Positions 9,443 to 18,511 of a DNA stretch of 64,000 nucleotides are shown piece after piece. Under the pieces are notes generated by a model. That model saw only the letters and a program-made list of their open reading frames with translations, searched no databases and was not told where the DNA came from. The stretch is from Cytophagales bacterium (GTDB lineage: Bacteria; Bacteroidota; Bacteroidia; Cytophagales; UBA9547): NCBI GenBank assembly GCA_044357485.1, contig JBIKPL010000001.1, positions 2,988 through 66,987 of the forward strand, given 5' to 3'. The translations under genes were made by a program, and so were the position numbers. Within the stretch, counting starts at the first letter, position 1, and each line of letters starts with the position of its first letter.

Positions 9443-10219
9443 ATGAGCGTCCAGTCTTTTTTAGGGTATTTAATTTTAGGGATAGTTACTTTAGCAAGTT
9501 GTAAAAAGGCAACTGACAATCCTACACAAATCAATAAGGTACATATTAAACCCGAAAATCGTTTATGTGCTTTAACTGATAAAGTGTATGTGCCCAATTA
9601 TTCATTCACAAGGTATGAGGAGACGGTTAAAACCTATGAGCGCAATGAAAAACTTACCGTAGACAAGCTGCAACATCAAATTCTTTTTTATGGTAGTTCT
9701 ACAATGTACTTTTGGAACCCCTATTTAATTGAAAATTTTGCGCCACTGCCTGTAATTGGCCATGGTTTTGGTGGGGCAACCTATCCTGAAATGCTCTATT
9801 TTGCCCCTCGACTTCTTTTTCCTTACAAACCATCCATCATCGTTATTTATTGTGAAAACGATCAATTTAACGAACCCGAAAAGTCAATAAAGCAAGTGAA
9901 GGATGATGTATGTGAATTATTTTCAAGAATTCATACCAATTTACCAGAAGCTAAAATTGTTTGTTTGGCAATGAAACATTCGCCAGGAAGAGATTTTAAA
10001 TGGAAAGAAATGGAAGAGGCGAATGTATTAATTAAACAAATGTGCGAAAGCACTAATTTTATTACCTACAAAGATTTTAACAGCACCTTACAAGACGCTC
10101 AAGGGAAAATTGATTCCTCATTATTTGAAAGCGATTATATTCACATGAATGCCAAAGGCTATAAAAAATGGGCTATTGCCTTAAAACCATTTTTAGAAAC
10201 CATGTATGCCTCTCTTTAA
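9443..10219 (+). CDS. SGNH/GDSL-like hydrolase lipoprotein
   Basis: 258 aa. Lipobox LASC. SGNH blocks FYGSSTM (I), GFGGAT (II), CENDQ (III), DYIHMN (V). Starts 4 nt after the AT3 gene, so probably co-transcribed. Confidence 0.7.
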   Translation: MSVQSFLGYLILGIVTLASCKKATDNPTQINKVHIKPENRLCALTDKVYVPNYSFTRYEETVKTYERNEKLTVDKLQHQILFYGSSTMYFWNPYLIENFAPLPVIGHGFGGATYPEMLYFAPRLLFPYKPSIIVIYCENDQFNEPEKSIKQVKDDVCELFSRIHTNLPEAKIVCLAMKHSPGRDFKWKEMEEANVLIKQMCESTNFITYKDFNSTLQDAQGKIDSSLFESDYIHMNAKGYKKWAIALKPFLETMYASL

Positions 10220-10863
10220 GCTTGAGGCAAAACTTTATACTGACCTTGCTTGCTAAGCATCATTATTTTGAAGGTATAAGGTTCACAACTTAAGGCCAAA
10301 GCCTCAGCATGTTTTTGGATATAAAGTTTTGCTTCCTCCAATTGATAGGCATAGCGTAATTTCTTTATTTCAATTTGGGTTTCTTGGTTAAAGCACACAA
10401 TAAAATACATGTCTTGTGTCGGAAAAAGGATATGTATTGCTTCTACCAACATCTTGATATTGGCGATTACTTCTGGTGCATGAAAAGCATCGGTAGCATG
10501 GTGAACAGATTTATTTCGAAGGTCTTTTAATATCCTAAGTTTTGCGATGGTGTCGTGGTCAAGTAATTGTAATTGTAGGGTTTTGTCAAGCAATACAGAA
10601 AGTTTGATCTTGGTAATTGTCTTGTATTCGTTGTATAGTTTTATTCTCAATGCCTTTTCAAAAAGCATCACGGCCTGCAATTGTGCGGTTTCAAATATGC
10701 TAAATCTAAAATAACTCATCTCTAAAAGTGCCTTAAGTTTAATGGTTTCTGCGGCGATGTCTAAGGGTAAATATAGGCTATCGTAAACAATGCTTTGTAC
10801 CATTGCTTGGTAGTTTTCAAAATGGGGGAAAAAGGCTTGTGTCTTGGAATCGGCTTGTATCAT
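10216..10863 (-). CDS. Hypothetical protein with HEPN-type Rx4H motif (DUF4145/HEPN-like)
   Basis: 215 aa, all-helical N-terminal 150 aa containing LKDLRNKSVHH (R-x4-H). Extra ~65-aa C-terminal region of unknown type. Confidence 0.5.
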   Translation of the reverse strand: MIQADSKTQAFFPHFENYQAMVQSIVYDSLYLPLDIAAETIKLKALLEMSYFRFSIFETAQLQAVMLFEKALRIKLYNEYKTITKIKLSVLLDKTLQLQLLDHDTIAKLRILKDLRNKSVHHATDAFHAPEVIANIKMLVEAIHILFPTQDMYFIVCFNQETQIEIKKLRYAYQLEEAKLYIQKHAEALALSCEPYTFKIMMLSKQGQYKVLPQA

Positions 10864-10990
10864 TTGTTACAAAACTCATCAAATCGTATAACTTAAACAA
10901 GCTTCCAAAATGATTTATAAATTTTAAGTTTACCTTTGCATTACAATACTTACCTTTGGTTACCATACGCCACCGATTAAAGATTAAACC

Positions 10991-11449
10991 ATGGCTTTAC
11001 CTAATGTATTTTTAAAAGAAACGTCCGACACTTTGCTCGAAAGATTGGCCTTACTTAAGTGTGATAGCAAACCACTATGGGGCAAAATGAATGTCGCACA
11101 ATTGTTGGCCCATTTAAATGTAAGTTATGATTTGGCTTATGAACGGATGTCATCCCAACACAACTTTTTAATGTCATGGATATTAAAAATCTTTATTAAG
11201 CCATTGGTGGTGAATGAGAAACCGTATAAAAGAAACTCATCGACAGCACCACTATTTATCATTGCCAATAGACGTGATTTTGATACAGAAATGACAAAAT
11301 TAATTGCCAATATTAAGGATACCCAAGAAAAAGGTGCTGCATATTTCGAAGGCAAAACCAGTGATTCTTTTGGTCGTCTTAGTGCTATAGAATGGAATAA
11401 TTTGTTTTATAAACACCTTGATCACCATTTTAGGCAATTTGGTGTTTAA
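10991..11449 (+). CDS. DUF1569 / DinB-superfamily protein
   Basis: 152 aa. The N-terminal pattern ...RLALLKCDSKPLWGKMNVAQLLAHLNVSYD is typical of DUF1569. Confidence 0.55.
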   Translation: MALPNVFLKETSDTLLERLALLKCDSKPLWGKMNVAQLLAHLNVSYDLAYERMSSQHNFLMSWILKIFIKPLVVNEKPYKRNSSTAPLFIIANRRDFDTEMTKLIANIKDTQEKGAAYFEGKTSDSFGRLSAIEWNNLFYKHLDHHFRQFGV

Positions 11450-11507
11450 GTTTTTGAATAAATTTATGTGTTGATTGTACCAATATTCACCCAAACTGTA
11501 TGTATTT

Positions 11508-11693
11508 ATGGGACGCAAGAAAAAATCAAGCACCGGAAAACCAAAAGTGAATCCGGAATTAGAAGGATTTGATATCAGTATCAATTCTTTTGGAGAAATA
11601 AAATCAAACTACGATTTAGACAAACTCAATGAGTTTTTGAATAAAAACGTAGACGACAAAAAACTTCGGGATAGAAACGAAGAAACAAAATAA
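11508..11693 (+). CDS. Small lysine-rich hypothetical protein
   Basis: The track ORF starts at a TTG (11475). The ATG at 11508 (MGRKKKSSTGKPKV...) is a more plausible start. The stop overlaps the ATG at 11693 (taATGg), which is the long-ORF start of the next gene. Weak support. Confidence 0.3.
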   Translation: MGRKKKSSTGKPKVNPELEGFDISINSFGEIKSNYDLDKLNEFLNKNVDDKKLRDRNEETK

Positions 11694-11722
11694 TGGTCAT
11701 TCACTTATCTAATACTTCACTT

Positions 11723-12445
11723 ATGAAACAGCTCCTATTACTACCATCGTTACTGTTGTCTTTGTTTTTCGTTTCATGTACATCCAAAACGAATGAGGCT
11801 GGTAAAATTAAAGAAAACCTTAACGTTGAGGCTTTTGAGGCAAAAATAAAAACAGATGTTATCCTTGTCGATGTGAGAACACCTGAAGAATTTAACCAAA
11901 GCCATTTAGCCAAGGCCATTAACATAGACATTAATGCGGAAACATGGGCTGAAGCGCTAAAAAAATTAGACAAAACTAAAACCATTTTGGTGTATTGCAA
12001 ATCAGGTGGTCGTAGTGCTAGGGCAGCCGATGATTTAGCCGCACAAGGATTCAGCACTGTCTATAACCTCGAAGGAGGTATCATGAAATGGGTGGCAGCA
12101 GGGAAATCTGTTGAGCAACTCGAACTCAATACCACCAGTGCTGGAATGACTTTAGCCGATTACAATGAATTGGTTAAAAATGACAAGTATGTATTGGTTG
12201 ATTTTCATGCCAAATGGTGTGGCCCGTGTAAACAACTTTCTCCAATTTTAGAAAAAATAGCCAAAGAAAGAGCCGCTTCGTTAATACTTGAAAAAGTAGA
12301 TGCCGACCAAAATCAAAGTTTACTAGTAGAAAAAGGCATCGATGGTATTCCTTACCTTGAATTATACAAAAACGGTAAACTGGTGTGGAAACACCAAGGC
12401 TTTATTTCCGAAAAAGAATTGCTAGTGGCTAGTGGTTTAAAATAA
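11723..12445 (+). CDS. Rhodanese-thioredoxin fusion lipoprotein
   Basis: Rhodanese active-site loop CKSGGRS plus thioredoxin WCGPCK. A lipoprotein signal MKQLLLLPSLLLSLFFVSC favours the 11723 start (the track's longest ORF starts at 11693). Confidence 0.8.
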   Translation: MKQLLLLPSLLLSLFFVSCTSKTNEAGKIKENLNVEAFEAKIKTDVILVDVRTPEEFNQSHLAKAINIDINAETWAEALKKLDKTKTILVYCKSGGRSARAADDLAAQGFSTVYNLEGGIMKWVAAGKSVEQLELNTTSAGMTLADYNELVKNDKYVLVDFHAKWCGPCKQLSPILEKIAKERAASLILEKVDADQNQSLLVEKGIDGIPYLELYKNGKLVWKHQGFISEKELLVASGLK

Positions 12446-12483
12446 GCAAACGGTCTCCCCTCTCTGAATCTCATCTCTGAATT

Positions 12484-12936
12484 ATGAAAAAACTTGTTTT
12501 TATTGCCAGTATCGTATTATTGACCTCCTGTTTTTCTTATCAAGATGTGGTCTATAAGTCATTTGAAGGGGTAAACATAGAAAAAATAGAAGGCGATGCG
12601 ATACATATTGGTATTTCAGTGAAAGTTTTTAACCCGAATGCGTATGCCATCACCATTAAAGAAGCGGAGTTAAAAGGAAATTTTAATGGGAAAGATTTAG
12701 GGGATATTACACTGTTGAATCATTTGCGTATAGATGGCAACAAAGAATCGCTGCAAAAAATTGTTTGTAAAGTTTCGAGCAGTAAATTAATGGCGATGGT
12801 GCCAATGGCCTTTTTAACCGGTAATGCGAAGTTATCGTTGACGGGTAATTTAAAAGCCAAAGTATACATGCTGAGTAAAAATTTGCCCGTGAATGTTTCT
12901 GAAAATATAAATTTAAGTGATCTATCGTTTAAATAA
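12484..12936 (+). CDS. LEA_2/NDR1-HIN1-like lipoprotein
   Basis: 150 aa, lipobox LTSC, beta-rich LEA14-like pattern (..VFNPNAYAITIKEAELKG..). Confidence 0.45.
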   Translation: MKKLVFIASIVLLTSCFSYQDVVYKSFEGVNIEKIEGDAIHIGISVKVFNPNAYAITIKEAELKGNFNGKDLGDITLLNHLRIDGNKESLQKIVCKVSSSKLMAMVPMAFLTGNAKLSLTGNLKAKVYMLSKNLPVNVSENINLSDLSFK

Positions 12937-12967
12937 GCGCGAGATTAGTCTGCCAGTATAATACTTT

Positions 12968-13687
12968 ATGAATCATCGCCCCAATAAAACAACCTATTGT
13001 CAAGACCTCGGATTAATTGACTACCAAGAAGCTTGGGATTTGCAAGTGTCACTTTTTGAAGCAATAGTAGCCACCAAAATTGCCAACAGGCCATTAGAAG
13101 CAGAAGACCAACAAATCACGAGTAACCATTTGTTGATGTGCGAACATCCACATGTGTATACTTTAGGTAAAAGTGGGAAACGCGACCATTTACTGATCGA
13201 TGAGGCCCAATTACCCGATTACCAAGCCACTTATTATGTCACAAGCCGTGGTGGAGACATTACCTACCACGGACCAGGCCAACTTATTTGTTATCCTATC
13301 ATAGACCTCGAAAATTTTTTTACCGATATTCATCAATACATGCGCTTGTTAGAAGAAGCGGTAATCCTTACGTTGTTAGACTATGGCATCGTCGCGGGAC
13401 GAATACCCGGTTTAACAGGTGTTTGGCTCGACCATGAAGCACAAGTGAAGCCAAGAAAAATATGCGCTATGGGTGTTAAAACTAGTCGATGGGTAGCCAT
13501 GCATGGTTTGGCACTCAACGTAAACACCGACTTGGCCTATTTCAACCATATCGTACCGTGTGGTATTGTCGACAAGGCCGTGACGTCTATGCACCAAGAA
13601 CTGGGCAAAAACTTAAATATGCCTGAAGTAAGCCTTACCTTAAGAAATCATATAATGACATTGTTCGAAATGACTATTGGAAATTAA
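12968..13687 (+). CDS. lipB: Lipoyl(octanoyl) transferase
   Basis: 239 aa. RGGDITYHGPGQLICYPI and KICAMGVK motifs. Confidence 0.9.
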   Translation: MNHRPNKTTYCQDLGLIDYQEAWDLQVSLFEAIVATKIANRPLEAEDQQITSNHLLMCEHPHVYTLGKSGKRDHLLIDEAQLPDYQATYYVTSRGGDITYHGPGQLICYPIIDLENFFTDIHQYMRLLEEAVILTLLDYGIVAGRIPGLTGVWLDHEAQVKPRKICAMGVKTSRWVAMHGLALNVNTDLAYFNHIVPCGIVDKAVTSMHQELGKNLNMPEVSLTLRNHIMTLFEMTIGN

Positions 13688-13764
13688 CGTATGAATTTTT
13701 AATTTTATAACTAAAACATTGATTGTTTACCCTACCTTAATGCGTCAGTTAAAGACAAAGTAGT

Positions 13765-14169
13765 ATGAAAAAAGACATTGAATTTCCATTGGTTGAAGGG
13801 GTTAAAGTTGCCATAGTCAAAACAATAAATGATTTGTCTTATCCAGAATGGAATGCCTATATCATCAATAGAAGAGCCGAAACACTTAAAAATGTATTGG
13901 TAAGCACCAAAGGCTATGGTGAAGTAAATGGTGAAATTATTAAAACCTCTGTACTTCGACACATTATTGGCGATTTGTTGCCAACCCAGCATGCTTTCAT
14001 TGAAGCGATTGACCCAGCGGTATTTAAAATTAGCAATGAGTTTTGGGTGAGTTTTTACATTGATCAAAAAATATACGACAAAAAATATATTTTTCTACCA
14101 GAAACCATCATTGATAGCAACCTTATCTTAATTCCAGAACTTTCCGCAGAAGGGGTGTTGCATCTATAA
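13765..14169 (+). CDS. Hypothetical protein
   Basis: 134-aa ORF with coding-like composition. No recognisable motif. Confidence 0.45.
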   Translation: MKKDIEFPLVEGVKVAIVKTINDLSYPEWNAYIINRRAETLKNVLVSTKGYGEVNGEIIKTSVLRHIIGDLLPTQHAFIEAIDPAVFKISNEFWVSFYIDQKIYDKKYIFLPETIIDSNLILIPELSAEGVLHL

Positions 14170-14183
14170 AACGTTAAATTCAA

Positions 14184-14216
14184 AAGGTCGACAAGGTGTT
14201 GAACCTCGCCGACCTT
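14184..14216. terminator. Bidirectional stem-loop between convergent genes
   Basis: aaggtcg-aca-aggt-gttga-acct-cgc-cgacctt is a nested hairpin with T-runs on both strands (tttt on the reverse side, ttttt at 14221-14225). Confidence 0.5.
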
Positions 14217-14243
14217 CGACTTTTTAATATAATTACAAGAAGA

Positions 14244-15572
14244 CTATTCTCCTTTTTCTTCTGAATCTAAGTAGTCTGTTTTATGACCTTTTACTGCAAA
14301 GAACAGTAAATATAAATAACATATTACACAAACGATAAAGCTTAATTTATACCCAATTGAATCGGCAATTACCCCTTGTAATAATGGGATAAATGCACCA
14401 CCCACAATCATAGAGCACATTAAACCAGAACCTTTCGAAGTAAAACTTCCTAATTTTGCAATTCCCAATGGGAAAATACATGGCCACATCACAGAGTTAA
14501 GCAAACCTACCAATACTAAGAAAAATGCAGCCATTGGTATAGGTTGATTGATGAAATTAATAGAGAAGCTTGGATCGGTATTCATAATCATTACCGGAAT
14601 ATCAATTGGAGTAGTAAAACCAACCATACTCAAAACAATAAGTGCAATAGCCCCAATAGAAACGGCAGCTAACATTACATTTGCTTTGATGGTTTGACCT
14701 AAGGCAGAACCAATGAAACGACCAATCATAGCACTTCCCCAATAATAGGCTACCAAAGAAGAAGCCATTTTTTCGTCTACTCCAAAATCTTTGTGTAGAT
14801 ATAAAATCAATAAACTTCCGATGGCTACTTCAGCACCAACATAAAAGAATATGGCACCTGAGCCAAATATCAAGTGTTTGAATTTACCATAACTGTCATT
14901 GGTTTGTACTTCTTCTTCTACTTCTAATTTTGGTAGGGTAATAAAATAAAGCAAAACCCCAATGGCAATGGTTACCAAAGCCAACACAATATAAGGTCCT
15001 TTTACGGCATCTGCTTTAGCTACAGCATCAATTAAACCTGGTTTTAAAATTAAAGCACCGCCAATAATTGGTCCAATAAAAGTAGCCGTTGAATTTAAAG
15101 CTCCTCCTAAGTTTAACCTTGCAGCACCTGTTTCAGGACGACCTAAAGAAATGATGTAGGGATTAATGGCTACTTGTAAAATGGTTAAACCACAAGCGAC
15201 AATAAATAAAGCGGCCAAAAACAATTCAAAAGACAACAAAGAAGCAGCAGGGACAAACATAAACAAACCTGTACCCATAATAGACAAGGCAAGGGTTAAA
15301 CCCTTTTTGTAACCAATTTTTGCAATAATTGATCCTGCTGGAATAGACATAATGCCATAAGCACCAAAAAAACAAAATTGAATCATCATCAATTTCCAAT
15401 TTTCAGTGATGTTAAAAACACCTTTTAAACTAGGAATAAGTACGTCGTTCATTACGGTGATAAAACCAATCATGAAAAACAATCCTATCAAAAGCGCTAA
15501 AGGCACTGAATAGTTTTTACTAGAATCGTACGTTGATGTTGAGGTAGAGTTTCCTCCTCCGATTGATGCCAT
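14244..15572 (-). CDS. MFS sugar transporter (FucP/GluP glucose-galactose type)
   Basis: 442 aa, 12-TM MFS, FucP-family resemblance. Confidence 0.7.
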   Translation of the reverse strand: MASIGGGNSTSTSTYDSSKNYSVPLALLIGLFFMIGFITVMNDVLIPSLKGVFNITENWKLMMIQFCFFGAYGIMSIPAGSIIAKIGYKKGLTLALSIMGTGLFMFVPAASLLSFELFLAALFIVACGLTILQVAINPYIISLGRPETGAARLNLGGALNSTATFIGPIIGGALILKPGLIDAVAKADAVKGPYIVLALVTIAIGVLLYFITLPKLEVEEEVQTNDSYGKFKHLIFGSGAIFFYVGAEVAIGSLLILYLHKDFGVDEKMASSLVAYYWGSAMIGRFIGSALGQTIKANVMLAAVSIGAIALIVLSMVGFTTPIDIPVMIMNTDPSFSINFINQPIPMAAFFLVLVGLLNSVMWPCIFPLGIAKLGSFTSKGSGLMCSMIVGGAFIPLLQGVIADSIGYKLSFIVCVICYLYLLFFAVKGHKTDYLDSEEKGE

Positions 15573-15603
15573 AAGAAATAAATTATTGGGTGAACAGTGT
15601 TAA

Positions 15604-16989
15604 TTAAATAAGGTTATGAATAATATCAGGACAAATGCCCAATACAATAATAGCAATAATTCCTAAGAATAATACTATTTTATACAAAGATGTTGCAGGA
15701 TATACCGTAGTAAGCGCTGTGTTTTTGGCTTCTTTGAAGTAGATGGCAATAATTACTTTGAAATAATAGTAAATTCCTACCATGGCATTTAAGATGGCCA
15801 CGACTACTAGAATAGTATGTCCGGCGTTTAAAGCAGAAGACAATACATAAAATTTAGCCATAAATCCTGCTGTTAAAGGAATACCTGCAAGTGACAACAT
15901 CGCCACGGTCATGATAAAACCTAAGAAAGGATTTTGCTTAGCCAAACCATCAAATGAGCTGATATCCGTATTGCCTGTTTCGTTTTCAATTAACATCATC
16001 ACACCAAAAGCAACGATAGAACCAATGGCATACGCAATCATATAGTACATTAAATCGTCTGAGTTTGCGCCTACCAATACAACAATAAGCATATAGCCCG
16101 CATGAGACACACTCGAAAATGCCAATAGTCTTTTTAAGCTTTTTTGGTTAATGGCCGACATACTTCCCACAGTAATAGTGAGTGCCGCTAACACCGCAAC
16201 CACTTCCATCCAGAAATGGGTTACGCTTGAGAAACAGATGTAGAACAATTTAAAAAAGGAGGCAAAACCTGCAATTTTTACTATGGTACTCATAAATGCG
16301 GTAACAAAAGTTGGGGAACCATCATATACATCTGGTGTCCAGAAATGAAATGGTGCAATAGACATTTTAAACGACATCCCTATTAACACTAAAAACATCC
16401 CTACATAAGCAATGGCACTTAACTCCGTGCCCGAAGTGAAATATTCTTCAATACCTGACAAATAAAAAGAACCAGATGCGCCATAAATCAAGGTGATGCC
16501 CATTAATAAAATACCTGTAGCAAAAGCACCCATTAAAAAGTACTTTAAAGATGCTTCATTTGAGGCGGGATTATTTTTTTCGCTACCAGCAAGAATGTAT
16601 AAACTCACCGATAATATTTCAATGCCAATAAACAACATCACCAAGTTATTGAATGAAATCATGGCAATCATACCAACAATAGCAAAAAGGTATAAGGCAT
16701 AATGTTCCGTAAGGTAGTTTTGAATTTTGCCAAAATAGTTTTCAGACAATAGAAACAAAAACATGGAAATACATAAAACCGCTGAAATAAAGGCAATATC
16801 ATAATTGTCAATGACTATCATTCTATTGAAATAGGCCATGGGAACTTTGTCCCACATGTATAAATTACTAGCCAAGGCTACTACCATGCCAGTAAAGGCA
16901 ACACCAAATGAAGCCTTCCTCGAAATATCAAAGATACCGGCAATCATTAAAAACAAACCTACTAAAGCAAGTATTACTAATGTGATCAT
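15604..16989 (-). CDS. nuoN: NADH-quinone oxidoreductase subunit N
   Basis: 461-aa antiporter-like subunit, last gene of the nuo operon. Confidence 0.9.
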   Translation of the reverse strand: MITLVILALVGLFLMIAGIFDISRKASFGVAFTGMVVALASNLYMWDKVPMAYFNRMIVIDNYDIAFISAVLCISMFLFLLSENYFGKIQNYLTEHYALYLFAIVGMIAMISFNNLVMLFIGIEILSVSLYILAGSEKNNPASNEASLKYFLMGAFATGILLMGITLIYGASGSFYLSGIEEYFTSGTELSAIAYVGMFLVLIGMSFKMSIAPFHFWTPDVYDGSPTFVTAFMSTIVKIAGFASFFKLFYICFSSVTHFWMEVVAVLAALTITVGSMSAINQKSLKRLLAFSSVSHAGYMLIVVLVGANSDDLMYYMIAYAIGSIVAFGVMMLIENETGNTDISSFDGLAKQNPFLGFIMTVAMLSLAGIPLTAGFMAKFYVLSSALNAGHTILVVVAILNAMVGIYYYFKVIIAIYFKEAKNTALTTVYPATSLYKIVLFLGIIAIIVLGICPDIIHNLI

Positions 16990-16995
16990 AATGAC

Positions 16996-18480
16996 TTATT
17001 TTGTTACAATATTGGTATTTATTACTTTCAATAATTGGGTCACGTCTCCTTGGGTTAAATCCAAAAAGAATTGCGGATAAACGCCTGTGATGATGACTAT
17101 GGCAGCTATCGGAACCAATACTGCAAATTCAGTAAAGGTTAAGTCTGTAAAGTTTTCAGTGATGGCATTGACTTCCCCTAACATTACGTTTTGGTACATT
17201 TTCAACATATACACGGCCCCGAGTATAATGGTTAAACCTGCCACAGCACCCAACATGGCATGGTATTGAAAGATACCGTTCAACAATAAAAACTCTCCAG
17301 GGAAACCATTGGTCAATGGCAAAGCCACCGAACCTAACATGATAATCACAAACAATACCCCTAATTTAGGTGCCTTGTTAATAATTCCACCTAAAGAAGC
17401 AATGTCTCTTGTGCCGGTTCTTGATTCAATAATATCAATGATAAAGAATAAACCTACCACGTTAATACCATGAGCAAACATTTGAATAATGGCCCCTTGT
17501 AAACTTTGTTCGTTTACGGCAAATAAACCTGCGGCAATTAAACCAACGTGGGCAATAGAAGAGTAAGCGATTAAACGCTTCATGTCTTTTTGTTGAATTG
17601 CCAATACCGAACCATATACTACCCCAATGATGGCAAGTACAATTACGATATAGGCATTGGCATAAAACCCTTCATTCATGATGGGCATTAACCAATGAAT
17701 TACCCCAAAAATACCCATTTTCAACATAATCCCTGACAATAACATGGTACCAGCAGCAGGTGCTTCGGTATAGGTATCTGGTTGCCAAGTATGGAAAGGG
17801 AAAATTGGCATTTTAATAGCAAAAGCAACAAAGAAAGCCCAAAATAACCAACATTGTTCTTGGAAAGTTAATTTCAAGGCAAGCAAATGGTTGTAATCAA
17901 AACTATGGTGTGGCTCAAAAGTGACTGGATGAGGAACATCGGTTTGTAAATACAGATACATGATGCCAACCAACATACATAAACTTCCGATAACAGTGTA
18001 TAAGAAAAATTTAAATGTCACGGCAATTCTATTTTCACCTCCCCATAGGGCCGCAATAAAATAAATTGGAATCAAGGCCGCTTCCCAACAAACATAAAAC
18101 AGCAACAAGTCATTGGCAACAAACACACCCACTAAGGCCCCAGACATGGCCAAAATCAAGGCATAAAACGCATTTGGATTGGCATAATTGTGTTTGAAGG
18201 TGCTAAGAATAATAAGCGGTGTAAGCACCGCCGTTAACAATACCAACAACATACTGATACCGCTCACACCAATATTCAAATGGGCACCTAATGAGGTAAT
18301 CCAAAAGCAAGTAAAGGTTAATGTTGAAGGATCAATGAGGTATTGTTTCAATACCAAACCCGCCACTACTAATTCCACCAATGCGAAACCTAAAGCTATT
18401 TTTTTAACGCCTTCACCTTTGACTAATAACAGCAACAATGCCGCTACAAAAGGTAAAAAGAGTAAGATTAATGTCATCAT
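16996..18480 (-). CDS. nuoM: NADH-quinone oxidoreductase subunit M
   Basis: 494-aa antiporter-like subunit, placed by operon order. Confidence 0.9.
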   Translation of the reverse strand: MMTLILLFLPFVAALLLLLVKGEGVKKIALGFALVELVVAGLVLKQYLIDPSTLTFTCFWITSLGAHLNIGVSGISMLLVLLTAVLTPLIILSTFKHNYANPNAFYALILAMSGALVGVFVANDLLLFYVCWEAALIPIYFIAALWGGENRIAVTFKFFLYTVIGSLCMLVGIMYLYLQTDVPHPVTFEPHHSFDYNHLLALKLTFQEQCWLFWAFFVAFAIKMPIFPFHTWQPDTYTEAPAAGTMLLSGIMLKMGIFGVIHWLMPIMNEGFYANAYIVIVLAIIGVVYGSVLAIQQKDMKRLIAYSSIAHVGLIAAGLFAVNEQSLQGAIIQMFAHGINVVGLFFIIDIIESRTGTRDIASLGGIINKAPKLGVLFVIIMLGSVALPLTNGFPGEFLLLNGIFQYHAMLGAVAGLTIILGAVYMLKMYQNVMLGEVNAITENFTDLTFTEFAVLVPIAAIVIITGVYPQFFLDLTQGDVTQLLKVINTNIVTK

Positions 18481-18511
18481 CTATTTTATCAATTATACTT
18501 GAATACTATAA

